From Cupriavidus necator (lineage in GTDB: Bacteria; Pseudomonadota; Gammaproteobacteria; Burkholderiales; Burkholderiaceae): a DNA stretch of 32,000 nt. The notes under the pieces are model-generated. The model was not told where the DNA came from and made no database searches. It saw only the letters and a list, made by a program, of their open reading frames with translations. The position numbers and the translations under genes are program-made. Of the stretch, positions 25,943 to 32,000 are shown piece by piece. Each line of letters opens with the position of its first letter. The stretch's first letter is position 1. The stretch is from assembly GCF_016127575.1 (NCBI RefSeq), contig NZ_CP066019.1, positions 570,001 to 602,000 of the forward strand, in the 5' to 3' direction.

Positions 25943-27505
25943 TCAGAACGAGTACTTGGCGTTGAAGGCCACGTAGTCGCGGTCAGCCAGCGGACGGTTG
26001 GCGATGTTGGCCCCGCCGATGAACGCGGCGTAGGTCAGGTTGAGCTCCAGGTTGTTCAGGTACTTGAAGGTCAGCCCCACGCTGGCGCGCTTGTCGCCAT
26101 AGCCCAACAGTGTGCCGAAGGCGCCGGCCACCGCCGACTGGCCGCTGAACTGCTGAGCGTAGGTGAGTGGCACACTCATGTCCCAGCCATCGAACACATT
26201 GTTGTAGTTCAGCGACCAGCCCACCTGGAACGCCGCCGAGTTGCGGGTGTTCGACAGCTTGCTGAAGCCCATCACCGGGTCCACGTCGAGCACGTGCAGG
26301 TAGGCCACTTCGCCCAGCAGCGTCTGCGAGTCGGCCAGGAAGGTCGGGCCCACCGAGTAGATCGCGGAGAGCTGGCCCTGCAGCGCCTTGCCGCGCGTCG
26401 CGGTGGGCGAGCCGGCCACGTCCACCAGCATCGGCACGCCGTCCTTGTAGCTGACTTCACCGGCGACGTTGGCGCCCAGCATCTGCGTGGAGAAGCTGGC
26501 GCCGGTCAGGTTGATGCCGCCGTAGAACTTCTGCTGGTATTGCAGCGTGGGAAAGAGCGAGGTGACCACGCTCGGGTTCTTGTCGTGATAGCGCAGCTGG
26601 TACAGCCCGATCTCGGTGCTGTCAAATACGCGGAAGCGCGCGCCCACGCCCCATTGCCCCCAGTCCGAGGGGCGGATATCCGGGCCGCGCGGGATGTTGA
26701 AACCGGGCCCGATGATGAACTCCGCGCCCGGGCCGACCACGTCGGTGGAGCTGAAATAGCTGCCCGGTGCGAAGATCTGGTTCGGCTTGTAGGTGAACTG
26801 GTAATAGCCCATCACGCTGAATGCCGGCGTGACCTGCAGCTGCAGCGACGCCTGCGGCACCGGCAGCAGGATGTCCTTGACCTCGGCGCCCGGCACGAAG
26901 GCCTTGGTGGCATCGGCAGGCCCTTGCGCGCCGGCGATATTGGCGAAGAACAGGCTCTCGCCCCAGGCGACCACCTGGTTGCCCAGCTTGAAGCTCAGCT
27001 GCGTGCTGCCGATCGGCGCCGCGCCATAGACATAGGCATCGAGCAGTTGCGCGCGGTGCTCGTGATAGTCCTGCGCCGAGTTGGTGAACTGGTTGAACGG
27101 ACCGCTGTGGTTGACCGTGAACGGCGCATTGTTCGAGTTGGTGCCGCTGTAGGCCCAGTCCTGGAACACGCTGCCGCGCACCAGCGCGCCGAAGACGTCG
27201 TGCTTGAGATGCGCTTCGCCCAGCAGCGAGACGCGGTTGGCGATCAGGTCGCCGCGCTTGAAGTTGCGGTTGCCATCGTCGCCGTTGATATTGGCGGGGC
27301 TCAGCAGTGTGTTGCTCTGGTGGCCGGTGCGCACCGCCGCGCCGTAGGAGGCGGTGACGCTGTAGTCGAGCGTGGTGTCGTGGCCAAGGTCGATGGTGTC
27401 GCCCGCCCTCGCTGGCGTTGCAAGCAGCGCGGCCAGTGCCGCCGCGGCAGCGATTGGCCGCAGCCGGTTGCGGCGTTTCAGTGGGCCGAGTTGTGGATGG
27501 TGCAT
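25943..27505 (-). CDS. DUF1302-family outer-membrane beta-barrel protein
   Basis: Start trimmed to ATG 27505, with GGGGGAGA upstream. Signal peptide ...AAAALAALLATPARA|GD. The family-typical block is LGNQVVAWGESLFFANIAGAQGPADATKAFVPGAEVKDILLPV...YYQFTYKPN...GSYFSSTD. The C-terminus ends in aromatic ...AKYSF. Confidence 0.85.
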   Translation of the reverse strand: MHHPQLGPLKRRNRLRPIAAAAALAALLATPARAGDTIDLGHDTTLDYSVTASYGAAVRTGHQSNTLLSPANINGDDGNRNFKRGDLIANRVSLLGEAHLKHDVFGALVRGSVFQDWAYSGTNSNNAPFTVNHSGPFNQFTNSAQDYHEHRAQLLDAYVYGAAPIGSTQLSFKLGNQVVAWGESLFFANIAGAQGPADATKAFVPGAEVKDILLPVPQASLQLQVTPAFSVMGYYQFTYKPNQIFAPGSYFSSTDVVGPGAEFIIGPGFNIPRGPDIRPSDWGQWGVGARFRVFDSTEIGLYQLRYHDKNPSVVTSLFPTLQYQQKFYGGINLTGASFSTQMLGANVAGEVSYKDGVPMLVDVAGSPTATRGKALQGQLSAIYSVGPTFLADSQTLLGEVAYLHVLDVDPVMGFSKLSNTRNSAAFQVGWSLNYNNVFDGWDMSVPLTYAQQFSGQSAVAGAFGTLLGYGDKRASVGLTFKYLNNLELNLTYAAFIGGANIANRPLADRDYVAFNAKYSF

Positions 27506-27643
27506 GGTGGTCTCCCCCGTGGTGTCGGTGTTGGTTCGTTGCCTGGCACTTCGAATGGCGCTCGCCTGGTCGCAAGCGTAGAGAGGGGCAGCCATGCACA
27601 AATCGGCAGAACGGACTAGGCGGTTTCCCTACAGGCGGGCCGC

Positions 27644-28432
27644 TCAGCCGCGATTGACCGAAGCGGCGTCGAGAAAGGCCGGGCGCTCGCCGCCGCCATC
27701 GATCACGAGATTGGCGCCAGATACGTACGACGCCTGCGGCGATGCCAGGAACAGGCACGCGCCGGCGATGTCGTCCGGATGCGCGAGCCGGCCCAGCGGC
27801 ACCGTCGCGGCCATGGTGCGCAACGCCTCGGGGTCACCGTAGTGCTGCTGCTGCGAGGTCTCGGTCAGCACCACGCCCGGGCTGACCGCGGCAACGCGCA
27901 CCTTGGGCGCCCATTCCACCGCGAGCGTGCGCACCGCATTGAGGATGCCGGCCTTGGCGGCGCCATAGGCCGCCGTGCCGGGCGAAGGGCGCAGCGCGCT
28001 GACGCTGCCGACGAACAGCTGGGTGCCGCCGCCAGCCTGTTGCTGCATGCGTGCATTGGTGCGCTGCGCGAGCTGCAGCGGCGCCACCAGATTGAGCCGG
28101 ATCACCGATTCCAGCAGCCGTGGCGAGGCCTGCGCAACCAGCGCGAACGGCGAGCCGCCGGCGTTGTGGATGACCACGTCGAGCGTCGGGCTGGCGTGCG
28201 CGATCTGCGCCAGCATGGCATCGACCTGTTCGATGTCGCGGATGTCCGCCGGGATGAAGCGGGCGCTGCGGCCATCCGCGGCCGGCAGTTCGCTGTCGTC
28301 GGCGGGCGCGGTGCGGCCGCATACGAAGACCTGCGCGCCGGCGCGCAGGAAGGCCTCGCTGATGGCGCGGCCGATGCCGCGCATGCCGCCCGTGACCAGC
28401 ACGGTCTGGCCGGTGTAGTCGAATCCTGTCAT
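27644..28432 (-). CDS. SDR-family oxidoreductase
   Basis: Start trimmed to ATG 28432, with AGGGGGA upstream. The cofactor motif is TGGMRGIGRAI, followed by NAGG, a catalytic Ser in GSVSAL and YGAAKAG (YxxxK). Confidence 0.9.
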   Translation of the reverse strand: MTGFDYTGQTVLVTGGMRGIGRAISEAFLRAGAQVFVCGRTAPADDSELPAADGRSARFIPADIRDIEQVDAMLAQIAHASPTLDVVIHNAGGSPFALVAQASPRLLESVIRLNLVAPLQLAQRTNARMQQQAGGGTQLFVGSVSALRPSPGTAAYGAAKAGILNAVRTLAVEWAPKVRVAAVSPGVVLTETSQQQHYGDPEALRTMAATVPLGRLAHPDDIAGACLFLASPQASYVSGANLVIDGGGERPAFLDAASVNRG

Positions 28433-28558
28433 GGGTCCCCCTTGATGCATGGAGCGCCCATCGTAGGAGAAGTGGCCGTCCGGATCGTAGTCCGAATGAA
28501 CGATGCCCGCGCGGGCAGCGCTGCGCAATATGCTGGGCAAACCACGGGAGACGCCCTC

Positions 28559-29431
28559 ATGTCCGCTACGTCACAGCACACGCCTTTGTCCCCACACCCG
28601 AACCTGCCGGTCGGGCGCTTCGTCATCACGTCAACGGGCCTGCGCCTGCACTGCCTGGACTCCGGCAGCGGCGAGCCGGTGGTCTTTATCCACGGCAGCG
28701 GGCCGGGCGCGAGCGGGCACAGCAACTTCCGCCACAACGCGCCGGCCTTCGCCGAGGCGGGCCTTCGCACCGTGGTGGTGGACCTGCCCGGGTATGGCCT
28801 GTCGTCCAAGCCGGACGATGTCGAGTACACCCTGGACTTCTTTGTCGCCGCGCTGCGTGAGCAGTTGCTGGCACTGGAGCTGCCGCGCTGCGTGCTGGTG
28901 GGCAATTCGCTTGGCGGCGCCATCGCGCTGAAGTACGCGCTGGATTTCCCGGAGCATGTCAGCCGCCTGGTGATGATGGCGCCCGGCGGCGTGGAAGAAC
29001 GGGAAACTTATTTCCAGATGGAGGGCATCCAGCGCATGGTGTCGCTGTTTACCGGCGGCCACATGAACCCGGACACCATGCGGCAGCTGCTGCAACTGCT
29101 GGTGCACGACGCCAGCCTGGTCACCGACGCGCTGGTCGATGAGCGCATGGCGGTGTGCCGCGAGCAGCCGCGCGAGGTGCTGGCCACCATGAAGGTGCCC
29201 AACCTGACCGAGCGGCTGGGCGAGATCCGCTGCCCGGTGCTTGGCTTCTGGGGCACGGAAGACCAGTTCAATCCCGCCTCGGGCGCCACCAGATTCCTGG
29301 CCGGCTGCGCCGACGCGCGCTTCGTCATGATCAACCGCTGCGGCCACTGGGTGATGGTCGAGCACGCCGCATATTTCAACCGTGAATGTATCGGCTTCCT
29401 GGCGGATACCGCCCAGGGCGGGGCGGCATAA
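28559..29431 (+). CDS. Alpha/beta-fold C-C bond (meta-cleavage product) hydrolase (BphD/TesD/HsaD-like)
   Basis: Start trimmed to ATG 28559, with GGGAG upstream. FIHGSGPGASGHSNFRHN is the HGxGPG motif typical of MCP hydrolases. The nucleophile elbow is GNSLGG and the C-terminal His lies in CGHWVMVEH. Confidence 0.85.
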   Translation: MSATSQHTPLSPHPNLPVGRFVITSTGLRLHCLDSGSGEPVVFIHGSGPGASGHSNFRHNAPAFAEAGLRTVVVDLPGYGLSSKPDDVEYTLDFFVAALREQLLALELPRCVLVGNSLGGAIALKYALDFPEHVSRLVMMAPGGVEERETYFQMEGIQRMVSLFTGGHMNPDTMRQLLQLLVHDASLVTDALVDERMAVCREQPREVLATMKVPNLTERLGEIRCPVLGFWGTEDQFNPASGATRFLAGCADARFVMINRCGHWVMVEHAAYFNRECIGFLADTAQGGAA

Positions 29432-29470
29432 TTGGCTCGCACGTCCACACAAGAAGACCCAGGAGACATC

Positions 29471-30256
29471 ATGGAATACCCGTATAGCCTGTTCGACCTG
29501 CGCGGCAAGGTTGCCGCCATCACCGGTGCCGCGCGCGGCATCGGCGCGGAAACCGCCCGCGTGCTGGCGGCGGCCGGCGCGAAGGTCGCGGTACTAGACG
29601 TGCTGGAAGCCGACGGCAAGGCCACCGCGGAAGCGATATGCGCCGAAGGCGGCGAGGCCGAGTTCTGGAAGCTCGACGTCACCAGCGAAAGCGACGTGAA
29701 GCGCGTGTTCGCGGAGATCGCGGCGCGCTTCGGCGGCCTCGGCATCCTGGTGAACAACGCCGGCATCGAAGGGCCCAATGCGCCGACCCATGAGCTCGCG
29801 CTGGAGCAATGGCAGCAGGTCATGGCCGTGAACGTGACCGGCACCTTCCTGTGCACCAAGCACGCCATCGGTCACATGGAGCGCGCCGGCGGCGGCGCCA
29901 TTGTCAACGTGTCGTCGATGTACGGCATCGCCGGCGGGCCGGACGTGCCGCCTTATCACGCATCCAAGGCCGCGGTGCGGATGATGGCCAAGACCGATGC
30001 CATGCTCTATGCCGGCAAGGGGATTCGCGCCAACTCGATCCATCCCGGCTATATCCGCACGCCGATGCTCGAACACGTGGCCCAGGCCTCGGGGCAGGGC
30101 GAGGCGCTGTTTGACTACCTGGGTGGACAGACCCCCGCGGGCAAGGTGGGCCAGCCCCGCGACATCGCCGCGGGCATCCTGTACCTCGTGTCCGACGCCG
30201 GGCGCTACGTCACCGGCGCCGAGCTGGTGATCGACGGCGGCTACACCGCACGCTAG
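29471..30256 (+). CDS. SDR-family oxidoreductase, hydroxysteroid-dehydrogenase-like
   Basis: ATG 29471 has AGGAGA upstream. Motifs are TGAARGIG, NNAG and YHASKAA (YxxxK). IRANSIHPGYIRTPML resembles the IRVNSIHPDGIYTPMM block of C. testosteroni 3beta/17beta-HSD as I recall it. Confidence 0.85.
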   Translation: MEYPYSLFDLRGKVAAITGAARGIGAETARVLAAAGAKVAVLDVLEADGKATAEAICAEGGEAEFWKLDVTSESDVKRVFAEIAARFGGLGILVNNAGIEGPNAPTHELALEQWQQVMAVNVTGTFLCTKHAIGHMERAGGGAIVNVSSMYGIAGGPDVPPYHASKAAVRMMAKTDAMLYAGKGIRANSIHPGYIRTPMLEHVAQASGQGEALFDYLGGQTPAGKVGQPRDIAAGILYLVSDAGRYVTGAELVIDGGYTAR

Positions 30257-30279
30257 AACCACCAGACAAGGAGAACCCC

Positions 30280-30657
30280 ATGCCCGATAGCGCCGCGATG
30301 AAAGCCACGCTGCTCGCCTATGTCGATCGTTTCAATGCCGGTGACGCGCAGGGCGTTGCCGCGCTCTACGCCGACGATGCCACCGTCGAAGACCCGGTCG
30401 GCGCGCAGCCGATCGCCGGCAAGCCGGCCATCCTGGCCTTCTACCAGCACACCACCGCACTGGGCGCGCGCCTGGAGGTGGTGGCGCCGCCGCGCGGCTC
30501 GCACGGTGACGCCGCCGCGCTGACCTTTGCCGTGCATGCCCGCCTGGAAGGGCGGCCGGCCCGCATCGACGTGACCGACATCATGACGTTCGGCGCAGAT
30601 GGCCGCATCCGCAGCATGCGCGCCCACTGGGGGCCGGACGACGTGCATTTCCTGTAG
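30280..30657 (+). CDS. ksi: Steroid delta-isomerase (3-ketosteroid delta5-delta4 isomerase, KSI) homolog
   Basis: 125 aa, with AAGGAGA upstream. It aligns gap-free by eye with remembered P. putida and C. testosteroni KSI sequences (AYVDRFNAGD...LYADDATVEDPVG...AFY...IDVTDIMTFGADGRIRSMRAHW). Tyr14, Asp38 and Asp100 occupy the catalytic positions. Confidence 0.8.
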   Translation: MPDSAAMKATLLAYVDRFNAGDAQGVAALYADDATVEDPVGAQPIAGKPAILAFYQHTTALGARLEVVAPPRGSHGDAAALTFAVHARLEGRPARIDVTDIMTFGADGRIRSMRAHWGPDDVHFL

Positions 30658-30670
30658 GCCCGCCGCGCCC

Positions 30671-31324
30671 ATGGCCCGCCACACCCGCGAAGATGCCGCC
30701 GTCACGCGGACGCGCATCCTGGCCAGCGCGCTGCAACTGATCCGGCACCGCGGCCTGCATTGCGTCACCGTGGACGATGTGGCCCGCGCCATCGGCATGA
30801 CGCGCGGGGCCGTCTACGGGCATTTCCGTTCCCGCGCCGAGTTGCTCGGCGCGCTGCTGTCGTGCGCCGAAGCCGACTTCGCCGCCCGCCTCGCGCCGCT
30901 GGCGCAAGGCCGCGCCGCCAACGGGCCAGGCACGCTGGAGCAGGCGCTGGCCGCCTTGCTCGATGGCGATGACCTGGCGCGCCATGTCAGCCTGCTGGCC
31001 GCCCTGCTGCAGCACAAGTGCGGCGACGACTGCGAGCTTTGCCCGCTGCGCGCCCGCGTGCTGGCGGGCGTCGAGACCCTGCGCGCAACCTTCGCCGGCC
31101 TGCTGCCGGCCCCAGGCATGGCCGGCCTGCTGGTGGCGCACCTGTGGGGCCTGCTGAGCGCGCACGCCATGCATCTCGCGCCGTCTGGCCTGTCCGGCTG
31201 TGCCGCAGCGCTGGCCCGGCTGTATCAAGGGCCCGACGTGCCGCCGCATCCGGCCCTGTCCACCATCCCTTCCTGTCGACCCGACGCCACTTTCGATCCG
31301 GCGCTGCTGCGGGATACCCCTTAG
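30671..31324 (+). CDS. TetR-family transcriptional regulator
   Basis: Start trimmed to ATG 30671. The N-terminal HTH reads TRTRILASALQLIRHRGLHCVTVDDVARAIGMTRGAVYGHFRSRAELL. It is the last gene of the hydrolase-SDR-KSI operon. Confidence 0.9.
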   Translation: MARHTREDAAVTRTRILASALQLIRHRGLHCVTVDDVARAIGMTRGAVYGHFRSRAELLGALLSCAEADFAARLAPLAQGRAANGPGTLEQALAALLDGDDLARHVSLLAALLQHKCGDDCELCPLRARVLAGVETLRATFAGLLPAPGMAGLLVAHLWGLLSAHAMHLAPSGLSGCAAALARLYQGPDVPPHPALSTIPSCRPDATFDPALLRDTP

Positions 31325-31363
31325 TCTGCTCGGACGAAGCGTTTCGGGCCGGCGCTGACTACG

Positions 31364-31379
31364 ATGCTTTCAAAAGCAT
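31364..31379. promoter_or_regulatory. AT-rich near-perfect palindrome ATGCTTT-CA-AAAGCAT; candidate operator
   Basis: 7-bp arms at 31364-31370 and 31373-31379. The site lies 40 bp after the tetR stop and 32 bp before the ORF at 31411. It is conspicuous in GC-rich surroundings. Confidence 0.3.
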
Positions 31380-31410
31380 GGAAACCCAGTAAGGGTGCGG
31401 AGGAGACAGC

Positions 31411-31647
31411 ATGAAGCGGCTCGGATTTCGTTGGGCGGCGGGCCTGGCCGGGGCCGGCGCCGCGATGGGCGCGGCCTGGGCGATTGCCGTGGGCGGCGAC
31501 CTTGCCACCGCGCATGGCAGCCAGGACGAGATGCCCGCTGTCAGCGTGGCCTCCGCCGACGCGGCGCAAGACCACTGCAACGACGCCTGCGTGCGCAGCC
31601 GCGGCACCGCGGCGTTGGTGGTGCTAAGCCAGAGACCTCCGCATTGA
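31411..31647 (+). CDS. Hypothetical small exported/membrane protein
   Basis: A strong GGAGGAGA lies 5 nt upstream of the ATG. The N-terminus is hydrophobic (MKRLGFRWAAGLAGAGAAMGAAWAIAVGG). GC3 is high and a 17-bp hairpin follows immediately. I recognise no homolog. Confidence 0.35.
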   Translation: MKRLGFRWAAGLAGAGAAMGAAWAIAVGGDLATAHGSQDEMPAVSVASADAAQDHCNDACVRSRGTAALVVLSQRPPH

Positions 31648-31685
31648 CCCGTCGATCGACCTGCCTATGCAGGTCGATCGACGGG
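31648..31685. repeat. Perfect 17-bp-stem hairpin between convergent genes (possible bidirectional terminator or REP-like element)
   Basis: CCCGTCGATCGACCTGC / GCAGGTCGATCGACGGG with loop CTAT. Each arm contains the self-complementary 10-mer GTCGATCGAC (31651-31660 and 31673-31682). No T-run follows on either strand. Confidence 0.6.
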
Positions 31686-31720
31686 CCAGTCCCTAATAGC
31701 CGAAACAGCGATCTGCAACC

Positions 31721-32000
31721 TCAGTCGATCAGGAAGCGCTGCGTCAGCAGCGCCCAATAGGCCGCGCCGATGGTGACGTTGTCGTCGTTGAAGTCGTAGC
31801 CGGGGTTGTGCACCATGCAGGCGCCTGCGCTGTCTCCATCGCCGTTGCCGATCAGCAGATAGCTGCCGGGGCAGCGCTCCAGCATGAAGGCGAAGTCCTC
31901 GCTGCCGGGCAGCGCCGGGCCTTGCGGCACGACCTTGTCCGGCCCAAGCAAGGCGAGCGCCGTCTGGCGCGCGAATTCCGTCTCTTCCGGAGTGTTGACG
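31721..32000 (-). CDS. M20D-family amidohydrolase (hippurate hydrolase/aminoacylase-like), C-terminal part; the 5' end lies beyond the window
   Basis: The minus-strand frame is open to nt 32000 (VNTPEETEFARQTALALLGPDKVV...). The C-terminus GSEDFAFMLERCPGSYLLIGNG...VHNPGYDFNDD is characteristic of M20D amidohydrolases. Confidence 0.85.
   Translation of the reverse strand, partial: VNTPEETEFARQTALALLGPDKVVPQGPALPGSEDFAFMLERCPGSYLLIGNGDGDSAGACMVHNPGYDFNDDNVTIGAAYWALLTQRFLID

Noticed and set aside
27544-27559. TGGCAC sequence resembling a sigma-54 -24 element between the SDR and DUF1302 genes
   Set aside because: The expected -12 TTGC five nucleotides downstream reads ATGG. The element is also on the plus strand and points into the antisense of the SDR gene.
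23957-27619. 1220-aa plus-strand ORF crossing four minus-strand genes
   Set aside because: It lies antisense to the aldolase, acetaldehyde dehydrogenase, hydratase and DUF1302 genes, all of which have strong family signatures and RBS-supported starts. Its translation is Arg/Gly/Ala/His-rich with no motifs.
1-32000. Search for mobile elements, CRISPR arrays, tRNA/rRNA genes, integrases or known defence systems beyond vapBC
   Set aside because: I saw no transposase- or integrase-like ORFs, no terminal inverted repeat pairs, no spacer-repeat arrays and no cloverleaf-compatible segments in intergenic regions. The only toxin-like gene is vapC.

Overview
GC-rich window; third codon positions are overwhelmingly G/C. 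Gene families and style suggest a Burkholderiaceae genome (Cupriavidus/Ralstonia-like), which is an inference. I support about 34 protein genes and found no rRNA, tRNA, CRISPR array, transposase or integrase. Left to right: a 5'-truncated PQQ sugar dehydrogenase, an EamA transporter and a SAM methyltransferase. Then a vapBC toxin-antitoxin pair with a relic of a second vapB just downstream, a LysR regulator and an acyl-CoA dehydrogenase. Next is a terminator-bracketed CzcCBA-type heavy-metal RND efflux operon. It is followed by a two-gene stress-like unit (secreted protein with three Cx10C repeats plus CsbD), an orphan 7TM histidine kinase and a convergent hotdog thioesterase. From about 16.4 to 31.3 kb the content reads as a catabolic island. 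It holds a GntR regulator followed on the same strand by an IlvX-like ThDP enzyme, a DUF35 zinc-ribbon protein and a thiolase-fold protein that appears to lack the nucleophilic Cys (Ltp2/Sal aldolase-like). It also holds an exported SurE-family phosphatase with a lipoprotein, and a minus-strand operon SDR / DUF1302 outer-membrane barrel / MhpD-MhpF-MhpE. A divergent operon encodes a meta-cleavage-product hydrolase, a hydroxysteroid-dehydrogenase-like SDR, a ketosteroid isomerase homolog with its catalytic residues conserved, and a TetR regulator. The window ends in a 5'-truncated M20 amidohydrolase. My main hypothesis is a steroid- or terpenoid-type catabolic module that lacks the ring-opening oxygenases inside this window. 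All homology statements come from by-eye motif recognition and remembered reference sequences. No database search was possible.
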